NCBI GenBank assembly: GCA_964525635.1
Contig: CAZGJX010000064.1
Location: 1 to 25,315 of the forward strand
Length of the DNA stretch: 25,315 nucleotides
Reading direction: 5' to 3'
From: an uncultured archaeon
Lineage (GTDB): Archaea; Asgardarchaeota; Lokiarchaeia; Sigyniarchaeales; SOKP01
The notes beneath the pieces were generated by a model. That model did not search any database and had not been told where the DNA came from. It saw nothing but the letters and a program-made list of their open reading frames with translations. The position numbers and the translations under genes were made by a program. Shown here piece by piece: positions 9,105 through 17,408 of this stretch; within the stretch, counting starts at the first letter, position 1, and every line of letters starts with the position of its first letter.

Positions 9105-10610
9105 TTATGAAGCCAGTACTCTACCAACAGTAACGGCCACACCACCAACAAGTGACCCAAGGGAAGATATTTTTTTTAAATAATCTTTAATATTCCGTGT
9201 AACTTTTACATTTCGTGTTTTACCTTCTATAATCGTTCCATCTTCTGTTTCTAAATATATTTGTATTGTTTGTTCTCCTGTTTGTCTTGGTTCTAAAGTT
9301 AACCATGCTGTATCTCCATTTTCTAGCATAACTGATAGAATTTCTGTAATGTCTATCCCTTCATCTGAAGTTAAAGGAATAGGTTCGTTTGGGATTGTAA
9401 AATTACCACGCCCCTCTACTTTAATATTAAGCATTGTGTTTCTTGGCTCAAAACCGGGGGCAGAGATTCTTAATCTATATTTTTTTGGATCAGGGTTATT
9501 ATTATAGAGAAAAACCATTATATTCAACTCACTATTTAGATATACAACCTCTTGAGCTGCTGAATCCATATATATAGGATCATTTGAAATTCTTGAAATG
9601 TTATCAGCAAGTTCTAATTGAAGGCGATCAATTATTTTAAAGAATCCAGGATTGAATTTTTGTATAAAATTGAATAATTTATAAATATCTTTGGATGAAA
9701 AATACCAATCTCCTTCCATAAAGAGCCCTTTTTCTATATCAAATTGTTCTGCTTCAATATTTATAACTTCTTTAAATTCTTGAACTAATTGTTCATATGA
9801 AAGCACTTCTTGATATTGTAAATAGTATAGAAATAAGATTTTTTCCAGAGCAAATGTAATTGGTAATTCATCTTTTTCTTGAGATTTAATCTTTTCTACA
9901 AATTTAGGATTAAGTATATCATTTAATCCCATGACAAATTCATCCCATTTTAGAAAAGTAATTGGATCTAAATGATTAGATAGAATTTCGGCAAAAAAAT
10001 TGTCTAAAAATATTTGATGTGTTGTTGGTTTAAAAAAATCTTGTAATCCATTTACATCATGTATATTAAGGTTTAAACTTCTTATAAGTAGGGCTAATCC
10101 TAATCCCACTAATGCTGTACTCATCGCAGCATATCCTAATGTTAAATTACTAAATCTTAGCATTATAAGAAATAAAATGACGGAAGTAATGCATATAAGT
10201 GCAATAATCTTAAGTAGATTTACAACACTTGTCACATTATTTGATAATGTTTTAAATCCATCAAGGCTGTCAATTGGTCTTCCTCGCTTTCTTTCAAATT
10301 TCAACCTCTTTGAAAGTGATTGGTTTGTTTTAAATGCTCCTAGAAGTAAAATAATTGAATTTAAAAAATACAAAGCTAAAACAACTAAATATGATACCAT
10401 TAATATTTGATAATCTATATTTTCTTCCCAAAAATTAATTTCTGGTTCTTCTAAAGTTATTATTGTTGCATATACAGTGATTATTACAAGTATCAATGGA
10501 AATATAAAAAGTAACCATTTACCAACTTTTACAATATAGTTTGTTAGTCTTGCTTGGGTTTTTTCTGTTTTGATAATTTTTTTAAGTTCCTTTTCTATAG
10601 ATTTATTCAT
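9105..10610 (-). CDS. Hypothetical membrane protein: four N-terminal TM helices, helical middle, beta-rich (Ig-like) C-terminal domain, hydrophobic tail
   Basis: 501-aa ORF with four hydrophobic segments in the first ~180 aa. Alternating beta strands (LNIMVFLYN, YRLRISAPG, AWLTLEP, QTIQIYLET) and terminal SLGSLVGGVAVTVGRVLAS. Confidence 0.7.
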   Translation of the reverse strand: MNKSIEKELKKIIKTEKTQARLTNYIVKVGKWLLFIFPLILVIITVYATIITLEEPEINFWEENIDYQILMVSYLVVLALYFLNSIILLLGAFKTNQSLSKRLKFERKRGRPIDSLDGFKTLSNNVTSVVNLLKIIALICITSVILFLIMLRFSNLTLGYAAMSTALVGLGLALLIRSLNLNIHDVNGLQDFFKPTTHQIFLDNFFAEILSNHLDPITFLKWDEFVMGLNDILNPKFVEKIKSQEKDELPITFALEKILFLYYLQYQEVLSYEQLVQEFKEVINIEAEQFDIEKGLFMEGDWYFSSKDIYKLFNFIQKFNPGFFKIIDRLQLELADNISRISNDPIYMDSAAQEVVYLNSELNIMVFLYNNNPDPKKYRLRISAPGFEPRNTMLNIKVEGRGNFTIPNEPIPLTSDEGIDITEILSVMLENGDTAWLTLEPRQTGEQTIQIYLETEDGTIIEGKTRNVKVTRNIKDYLKKISSLGSLVGGVAVTVGRVLAS

Positions 10611-10976
10611 AGATTTATCATCATTTGAAAATGCTAAATTAAATTTGATAAATTAATAAAAATTGTACATATATATAAGATTGATCCATTAAAAAAAACC
10701 AACTAATTATGTTCATTTTTATAATTTATCCATTTTTAAAAAAATATATTAAAGATACCATTTAATATATTCAATTTATAACCAACTGTAGTTCCTTTTC
10801 TTTATTATAAATTAAAATCTTAAATTTAGAAGATTTTAAACCATCTTTTTTGTAATTGCTTAATAAGTCATTTTTATTTCTTGATTTTAATTTTTATTTC
10901 TATTTCAAAAAATACATTATGTTCATAAACAGAAATAATTTAATTTAGAAATTTTTATAATTAATTGAAGATCAAA

Positions 10977-11264
10977 ATGAGTAAAGATGATAAAATAAGT
11001 CAGGCATGGGAAGCATATGAAAAAATCAAAAGTGCGCTCGACGGATTATATGAAATTTTAAATATGAGTTTTGATAATGATAATATTTTTTATCAATGTG
11101 GAGTAGATAATTTAGAAGAATTAAAAGAAACAATAATTGATATTCTCACTCATGAGTATAATAATATAGAAATAAAAGAAAGATTAAGAGAACTTGAGTT
11201 TGATGTAAAAAAGCGTCTTTTTTTTGAAGGAAAACAAAATAAAGGAAAAAATAATAAAATTTAA
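10977..11264 (+). CDS. Small acidic all-helical hypothetical protein
   Basis: ATG at 10977 (MSKDDKISQAWEAYEKIKSALDGLYEIL...). Amphipathic helical pattern; no recognised motif. Confidence 0.6.
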   Translation: MSKDDKISQAWEAYEKIKSALDGLYEILNMSFDNDNIFYQCGVDNLEELKETIIDILTHEYNNIEIKERLRELEFDVKKRLFFEGKQNKGKNNKI

Positions 11265-11328
11265 AAAAAATCTTAATTCATTTAAAGGTTTCTGAAATTG
11301 AAATTTTACTCTTGTTAAAGTTAAGAAT

Positions 11329-11560
11329 CTAAAAAGAAAAATAATTTATGTATTCCTTTTTTGAACGAGATTTAATAGGTTTTAAAACTACATAAACTCT
11401 TTCAACACTTTTTACTTCATTTCTTGCTTGGAATAATTCAATTTAAGCGTCAAGTTCATTAATATCAACCAGTGTAACTTTAATTAAAACCCCACATTGT
11501 CCAGCCAGAAAATAAACTTCCTCACATTTTGGTACAACTTAAGTTTCTCTTAATAATATA
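11329..11560 (-). pseudogene. Lrp/AsnC-family regulator relic (ligand-binding RAM domain)
   Basis: Hand translation gives LLRET*VVPKCEEVYFLAGQCGVLIKVTLVDINELDA*IELFQARNEVKSVERVYVVLKPIKSRSKKEYINYFSF*. It matches the RAM pattern P.v.evy..tG..d..ikv...d..eL. In-frame TAA at 11539-11541 and 11443-11445; HTH not recoverable. Confidence 0.8.
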
Positions 11561-11792
11561 TATATTATAAATGAATTATTACTTCATAAAAGTGGTAAAA
11601 TCTGCAAAATATACATTTTTTTTTACATTTTTTCTATCTATCGGATTTTTTTTAACGCCTTATTATAACGTTCAATAAAAAATAATTAGAAAAATTATAA
11701 AAAATTGGAATATTAATATTTATTAATTATTATATTCAATATTTTAATATAAAAAATAGTCTTATTCTCTATTCTGCGAAGGTATAAAAATC

Positions 11793-12464
11793 ATGAAAAT
11801 ATTAATAACTGGACCTGTTCAATGTGGTAAATCAAGTTTTATTCAATCTTTTGATCCAAATGCACTTAATATACAAGCAAAAGGAGCAGATGATAAATTT
11901 TATACAGTAGGAATGGATTTAGGATCAATAATTATTAATGGTTTTCGTGTTTATCTATTTGGAACTCCTGGGCTCACACGGTTCTCTATAATAAGGGAAA
12001 TACTATCGGGAGGTTCTGAGGGATTAGTTTTTATTTTTGATTCAAGTAATCCAGAAAAAGATGCTGAAGCTATTGAGATGTTAAATGCAATTAAAAAGAA
12101 TCTAGGGGATGACTTACCAATTGTATATTTGGCGAACAAACAAGATTTAGAGAATGCTAGATCACCTGAAGAGATCATAAGTCAAAATAATTTGCCTGAT
12201 AATATTAAAATCTTTCCAACAAGTACAATAACAGGATTAAATCTAAAAAAATCATTAAAATTTATATTTGGAAAAATATATGAAAAATATCGAGATCTTA
12301 TAGAAATTCTTAAGTCTTATGAAAACGATATTAAAGGTCTTGCCGAAAAATTAAATAAAGATAAAATTGAGATGAAAGATTTCTTAAATAAATTAGAAAT
12401 CAGAAAACTTATTGAAATAGACAGAATGAATAAAACCTACAAAGTCAAAAATGTTATAAAATAA
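11793..12464 (+). CDS. Small Ras-superfamily GTPase (MglA/CvnD/Arf-related) with C-terminal winged-helix-like extension
   Basis: G1 GPVQCGKSS, G2 YTVGMDLG, G3 LFGTPGLTRF, G4 NKQD, G5 TSTITG. About 60 extra residues (IKGLAEKLNKDKIEMKDFLNKLEIRKLIEIDRMNKTYKV) have an HTH-plus-wing pattern. Confidence 0.88.
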   Translation: MKILITGPVQCGKSSFIQSFDPNALNIQAKGADDKFYTVGMDLGSIIINGFRVYLFGTPGLTRFSIIREILSGGSEGLVFIFDSSNPEKDAEAIEMLNAIKKNLGDDLPIVYLANKQDLENARSPEEIISQNNLPDNIKIFPTSTITGLNLKKSLKFIFGKIYEKYRDLIEILKSYENDIKGLAEKLNKDKIEMKDFLNKLEIRKLIEIDRMNKTYKVKNVIK

Positions 12465-12598
12465 TTATTTTCTTTTTAAATATCATAAATTAAGTCTTTT
12501 TCTTTCAATTTCTTAAATATATAAGGAGCATAAATTTATATTTCAAAATATTTTTTAGATTTTTAAATATATCAAATGTTTTTCTTAAAGTGAAAACC

Positions 12599-14254
12599 AT
12601 GTTTAGAAGAAATTTCAATAAATTTTTAAAAAATCCCCCAGTAGAACCAGAATTATATCCATATCTTTACTCTATTAACTTTAAGAAGCTTTCAGAGGCA
12701 AAGGAAAAAATTAATATTGAGCCAATACAATGTAGTCAATGTGGAGCCATTCTGACAAATCTTAAAGATATTAAAGATGATCCAAATATAGGAATATATT
12801 ATGAATGTATATATTGTGGAACAATTAATATGGTCAGTAAAGAAGGACTTCCGGATTCTTTAGAAAATGATTTAGACTTCATAATTGAAGATATAAAACC
12901 AAAAAAATTAAAAGATGAAAAGATCACAGGAACAGGAGCAATAGAAAGTGATTTATACATTTCGGTAATTGATATTTCAGGAAGCATGAGAGGTGCTAAA
13001 ATAGAAGCTGTGAAAAGTTCACTTATTCAAACCTTAAATGATTTTAAAATTAATGCTCCTTTAACTAAATACATCCTTATTGCATTTGAGAGTATAGTAT
13101 ATTATTATTTAAGGTCTGACGAAAAACCAATTCATTTTAAAGGAAATACCTTATTTTCTTTAGAGTCAATGAAATTTGAACTAAAGAAACAAGTTAATAA
13201 AAATGATTTTTTAGGTTCTCTTGGTGAATTTGCAGATGGATGGATTGCTGTTGTAAAAAATCTTCGTGATAAGAATATGACCGCATTAGGTCCTGCTCTT
13301 TATCTTGCTATTACATCATTTGAGATTTTTGGTTTTTCCGCAGGAAGAATTACATTATTAACTGATGGGCTTGCAAATCAAGGAGTTGGAAATCTTTCAG
13401 GCACAAATATAGGAGCAGACCGATTATATGAGGATTTAGCTGATATATGTAATATAAATAACCTTATAGTTGATATTGTAGGTGTTTCAGCACCTGGAGA
13501 TAACAATGAAATGGGACTTCAAACCTTAGGAAAGATAACAGATAGTACTGGTGGAATGCTTTATATGATTTCTAGCGAGGAAATGGAGGTTATATTTTCA
13601 GAATTAAGAAAAATTAACTATATTGGAAAAGATGTAATGATTAAAATTATAACACCTAAGAATCTTTCAATTAAAAATATTACGGGAGCTTTTAGCTCTA
13701 AAGCTGTAAATGGCTCAGAAGTAAAGCTAGGAGTAGTAACTGATAATCGAGAATTATTTGTTGAATTTGACGGAAATAAAATAAAAGATGCCAAAATGGA
13801 TAAAATTCCAATACAACTTCAAGTAGCTTACAAAGATTTAGAAGGACGTAAGAGAATTAGAGTTATAAGTGACCAAGTGAAGATAACTGAAGATGAAAGA
13901 GATTTTAAATCAAATTATGATCAAAAACTAAATGCAATGATGAATATTCAAAAATCTGGAGCAGAATATTATAAAGGAGATATAAATGGGTCTAAAAAAA
14001 GATTAAATTCTTTAAAACAAAATATAGCAAAGGAGTTAGGTGTCTTAAATAAAGAAAATATAGCATTTAAAAAAAAAAGCTTTTCAGAAGGAATCAATTT
14101 TTTAGATGATGAATTGGATGAAATGGCACAGGAATCAAAACAAATGCAAAAAGCTCCTGTTAAAAGTTTTATGGCAGTAGCAGGACAAGCAAGATTAAGA
14201 TCTTCTCAAGAAGATATATTAAAAAGGCTAGCAAAAAAGAAAAAGCAAAAATAG
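12599..14254 (+). CDS. Sec23/Sec24-like protein: Zn finger, vWA trunk, beta-sandwich, partial helical domain (also resembles the non-Ras part of CPRas1)
   Basis: PIQCSQCGAIL...YECIYCGTIN zinc finger; VIDISGSM, TALGPAL and LLTDGLANQGVG vWA motifs; STGG; PIQLQVAYKDLEGRKRIRVIS beta-sandwich; YDQ helical start. ATG at 12599, alternative GTG at 12590. Confidence 0.82.
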   Translation: MFRRNFNKFLKNPPVEPELYPYLYSINFKKLSEAKEKINIEPIQCSQCGAILTNLKDIKDDPNIGIYYECIYCGTINMVSKEGLPDSLENDLDFIIEDIKPKKLKDEKITGTGAIESDLYISVIDISGSMRGAKIEAVKSSLIQTLNDFKINAPLTKYILIAFESIVYYYLRSDEKPIHFKGNTLFSLESMKFELKKQVNKNDFLGSLGEFADGWIAVVKNLRDKNMTALGPALYLAITSFEIFGFSAGRITLLTDGLANQGVGNLSGTNIGADRLYEDLADICNINNLIVDIVGVSAPGDNNEMGLQTLGKITDSTGGMLYMISSEEMEVIFSELRKINYIGKDVMIKIITPKNLSIKNITGAFSSKAVNGSEVKLGVVTDNRELFVEFDGNKIKDAKMDKIPIQLQVAYKDLEGRKRIRVISDQVKITEDERDFKSNYDQKLNAMMNIQKSGAEYYKGDINGSKKRLNSLKQNIAKELGVLNKENIAFKKKSFSEGINFLDDELDEMAQESKQMQKAPVKSFMAVAGQARLRSSQEDILKRLAKKKKQK

Positions 14255-14352
14255 ATAATAATTTTATCTAAAAGTTATTTATTTTTTAATTGTAATTCTA
14301 AATTAACAATAAAAATAAATTTAAAAAAAAAAGATTTTTATTTAAAAATCTC

Positions 14353-14859
14353 TTATTTAATCTGAACTTTTGGTTTGATTGGAGAGGCTCCACCCATATT
14401 GGTAATAATTGGACAGTGTGTGAAAACTTTATCCATTAACTCATTAATTTTCTCCTCAGAAGCATCTGCCTTAATCCTTACAACAGGTTCAAGCTTATCA
14501 TACCCAGCTAATTTAGAATCATCTATTCCAAAGATAGCTCCAAGATTAATATGTCCACGGGAAAAAACTTTTAATTCCTCAATTTTTATATCCATAATTA
14601 TTGCCCAAAACTTTGTTACGGCAATTATGCATGCACCAATGGAAGATAAGATTACTAATAAGGGTGATGGTCCTTTATTTGTACCACCTAATCCTCCTGG
14701 AGCGTCAATTAATAATTTAAATGGGTCTCCTGCGGGATTCCCCATTGTACACTCCACTTGCATACCTTCTGGTAACATTTCGCATTCAATATTAAAATTC
14801 TTCTCTCCTGCATTCCAATCTGCTTTAATATTTTCGTATGTTTCTTTAAAACTTGGCAT
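14353..14859 (-). CDS. OsmC/Ohr-family protein
   Basis: IDAPGGLGGTNKGPSP, IGAC and HCPI supply the two conserved cysteines. Confidence 0.88.
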   Translation of the reverse strand: MPSFKETYENIKADWNAGEKNFNIECEMLPEGMQVECTMGNPAGDPFKLLIDAPGGLGGTNKGPSPLLVILSSIGACIIAVTKFWAIIMDIKIEELKVFSRGHINLGAIFGIDDSKLAGYDKLEPVVRIKADASEEKINELMDKVFTHCPIITNMGGASPIKPKVQIK

Positions 14860-14990
14860 AACAATCTCATTATTTTAAGTAATTTATTATTAATTAATTG
14901 AATAAATATCCATTTTAATTTAGTATCTATTCAATATAAATATAATGAAAAAAGAGGTATTAATACTAATTTAAAAATAACTAAAGGATT

Positions 14991-15113
14991 CTAATTTGCA
15001 AAATTTATTAATTCTTCCAATTCTAAATATCTTTTCTTAATAGACGTTTTTCTATACTCTCTCAACATATCCCATTGTTTCCTACTAACTATTAGATCTT
15101 GTCTTTTTTTCAT
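14991..15113 (-). CDS. Putative 40-aa basic microprotein (not in ORF track)
   Basis: MKKRQDLIVSRKQWDMLREYRKTSIKKRYLELEELINFAN*, preceded by a strong SD-like AAGGGTGA at 15122-15129. Confidence 0.55.
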   Translation of the reverse strand: MKKRQDLIVSRKQWDMLREYRKTSIKKRYLELEELINFAN

Positions 15114-15162
15114 TTTTTAATTCACCCTTATATTGTTAATTAATATACAATCTACACTATTA

Positions 15163-15196
15163 ATAAAATAATTTAGACTGATTTTTTACAATTAAA
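15163..15196 (+). repeat. Direct repeat copy 1 (34 bp, 17-bp identical core TAATTTAGACTGATTTT at 15169-15185)
   Basis: Matches 17400-17433 with 4 mismatches. Confidence 0.6.
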
Positions 15197-15321
15197 AATT
15201 TCATTAAAAATAAAAAATCCTTATTTTTTATCATCAAGTATTTTTTTATATTTTTTTGAGGTATGATCTCTATAAGAATTATCATAAAACAAAAATTATC
15301 AGAAAAAAATCCAATAAAAAA

Positions 15322-16062
15322 TTAGCGTAAATTAAGAATTAGAACTATTGTACCGATTCCGGCTAATATTAATAGAATTTGCCTAACACTTGCAATCGCA
15401 CTCGATCTATTATGTAAACCAGGTGTTAAATCCGATAATGCAATATAAAGGAAGCTAGCTGCAGAAATAGCTAAAAATAATGGTATTATAGAATTTACTT
15501 TCTCTAATATATAATAACCCATAATAGCAGCTGGTATTGTTGTTAAACTAGATGAAAGATTATATAAAAATGCCTTTTTTTTTGAATATCCACTATCTAG
15601 TAATATTGCAAAATCACCTACTTCCTGAGGTATTTCATGTGCAATAACTGAAAGACCTACAACTATACCGGTTTGAATAGAGATCAAAAAACCAGCAGCA
15701 ATAACAACTCCATCAATAAAATTATGAACTGCATCTCCTATAAGTAATATTGTTCCTGCCGTTCCATGAACTTTACAATCTTTATGATGACAATGACGCC
15801 AAATTATCGTTTTTTCAAGAAGAAAAAACAATACAATTCCACCTAAGACAAATGATAATATTTTGATTGGATCACTTTTTGATATGGCTTGTGCTATCAT
15901 TCCTAGCAATGCTGCAGCAAGAAGGGTTCCTGTTGCATAGGAAATTAAACAAGGGATAAGTTTTTTTTGTGTCTCTTCTTTAATTTTTAGAAAAATACTC
16001 GCTGTAATTATCGCTCCCACACTCCCTAAAATACTAAATAAAACAATTAAAACTATAAGCAT
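15322..16062 (-). CDS. ZIP-family divalent metal (Zn/Fe) transporter
   Basis: His-rich loop WRHCHHKDCKVH, TM4 DAVHNFIDG, TM5 HEIPQEVGDF, SFLYIALSDL. Likely ATG at 16062 with GATGTGA upstream (ORF track uses TTG at 16098). Confidence 0.92.
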   Translation of the reverse strand: MLIVLIVLFSILGSVGAIITASIFLKIKEETQKKLIPCLISYATGTLLAAALLGMIAQAISKSDPIKILSFVLGGIVLFFLLEKTIIWRHCHHKDCKVHGTAGTILLIGDAVHNFIDGVVIAAGFLISIQTGIVVGLSVIAHEIPQEVGDFAILLDSGYSKKKAFLYNLSSSLTTIPAAIMGYYILEKVNSIIPLFLAISAASFLYIALSDLTPGLHNRSSAIASVRQILLILAGIGTIVLILNLR

Positions 16063-16162
16063 ATAAATCACATCTTTTTGAAATATATTGTTTACCAAGA
16101 TCTTTTTTTGATGAAATTATCAAGAATTGGTCTAATTGAAAACCTCAGAAAAGAATTTAAAA

Positions 16163-16333
16163 TTATCTGTTCCTTGATCTTCGATTACTTCTACTTTTAT
16201 CATTATTTCTTCCTAATCTACCTCTTTTAGAACCTTTCTTAAATCCAGGATCAGAATTTCCTGTACAATAACCTAGTCCTCTTCCTGTTCGAGATCCTTT
16301 TCCATCAGGTCCTGTTCCATCTCCTGCGGGCAT
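16163..16333 (-). CDS. DUF5320-family Gly/Arg-rich small protein, 56 aa (not in ORF track)
   Basis: MPAGDGTGPDGKGSRTGRGLGYCTGNSDPGFKKGSKRGRLGRNNDKSRSNRRSRNR* carries the MP.GDGTGP.G.G..TGRG.G.C signature. Confidence 0.82.
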   Translation of the reverse strand: MPAGDGTGPDGKGSRTGRGLGYCTGNSDPGFKKGSKRGRLGRNNDKSRSNRRSRNR

Positions 16334-16402
16334 ATTTGATTATCAACTCTTTTTTTAATTTTTATATTTTTCTAAGATAATAATGAAATATTTCTATTTA
16401 AT

Positions 16403-16524
16403 TATTATGGATAATTATTCAGAATAACTTTTTTTTTAATTTTCTTAGATATAGCTTATCTTTTCTTCTATATTCAAACTCTAAAAAAAAAAAATATTTA
16501 GATAATGGATAATTATTCATAATA
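16403..16524. promoter_or_regulatory. Two copies of palindromic operator-like ATGGATAATTATTCA(G/T)AATA (16407-16426, 16505-16524)
   Basis: 20-bp direct repeat with one mismatch. Each copy is an imperfect palindrome (ATGRATAATTATYCAT), lying between divergent genes. Confidence 0.7.
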
Positions 16525-16561
16525 TGCCCTCAAGAAAATATTACTTTTTAGTGGTGAGAAT

Positions 16562-16906
16562 ATGAAAATAGAAGATTTAAAAAAGTTTGGAATCAATGCC
16601 CCCAATGAAGGTAAATTGATAATAGATTTTTCTTCTGAATGGTGTGGACCTTGTAAATTCATTTCTCCTATCTTAGAAAAATTCAGAAATAAGGGACTAA
16701 TAAGCTTAATACAGATTGATATTGATGAAAATCGTGAATTAGCACTAGAAATGAATATCAATGTAGTACCAACTTTATTTTTCTTTAAGGATGGAAAACT
16801 CATAGAAAATCATATTAAGGTAAAGGGAGAAATTGTCGTTAATAATGGAATAATGTTTGGAGCTGTTGGTGAATTAATTTTAGAAAAAATAATTATGAAA
16901 ATGTAA
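16562..16906 (+). CDS. trxA: Thioredoxin
   Basis: IDFSSEWCGPCK active site, cis-Pro VVPT, FKDGK; GGTGAG SD upstream. Confidence 0.9.
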   Translation: MKIEDLKKFGINAPNEGKLIIDFSSEWCGPCKFISPILEKFRNKGLISLIQIDIDENRELALEMNINVVPTLFFFKDGKLIENHIKVKGEIVVNNGIMFGAVGELILEKIIMKM

Positions 16907-16988
16907 ATACTCTTCATATTGAAAAATAATTTTCAATTTGAGAATATATTTTTAAATGATCATAAGACAAAATTAGTAATTAAAGAAT

Positions 16989-17408
16989 ATGAAAGAAGAG
17001 AAATTATTTCCAATAACTATAAACTCAAATCTTTGTATTAGATGTCAAAAATGTACATATAGTTGCCCTCAAAAAGCGATCTTCTTTATGAATTCAATGC
17101 GTTATGTGAATTTTAATAAATGTGGGGGGTGTTTAAAATGTGTTGATGTTTGCGAACACGGAGCTATTGAAGTTATTTCCGTTGAGAAAGGAAAATTGAA
17201 TGGATTCTTTATTGATGAAGAGAAATGCAACCTTTGTAAAATATGTTTAAAGAATCAATTTTGTTTTAAAAATCTTTTTAGGCTAAAAAAAGAGAAAAAT
17301 GGAGACGAAAAAATAAAATTCCAAAAAGGAAGATTTTCAGAATGTTATAAATGTTTGATATGTTTAAAGAACTGTCCTAACAATGCAATTTATGCAGAGA
17401 TAAATTAA
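16989..17408 (+). CDS. Polyferredoxin with four [4Fe-4S] motifs
   Basis: CIRCQKCTYSCP, CGGCLKCVDVCE, CNLCKICLKNQFC, CYKCLICLKNCP. Confidence 0.88.
   Translation: MKEEKLFPITINSNLCIRCQKCTYSCPQKAIFFMNSMRYVNFNKCGGCLKCVDVCEHGAIEVISVEKGKLNGFFIDEEKCNLCKICLKNQFCFKNLFRLKKEKNGDEKIKFQKGRFSECYKCLICLKNCPNNAIYAEIN

Noticed and set aside
10977-11264. Small protein as a roadblock/MglB partner of the GTPase
   Set aside because: The pattern is all-helical and lacks the beta strands of a roadblock fold.
5890-11560. TAA read-through or recoding as an explanation for the two interrupted frames
   Set aside because: TAA is the normal stop of most intact genes here, and both relics also lack their N-terminal domains.
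8621-16803. ORFs 8621-8833, 10177-10410, 11951-12178, 12799-12987, 14375-14878, 16513-16803
   Set aside because: They overlap better-supported genes on the opposite strand.
14353-17408. Selenoproteins or SECIS elements among the redox genes
   Set aside because: OsmC, thioredoxin and ferredoxin have ordinary Cys codons; no in-frame TGA at a catalytic position.
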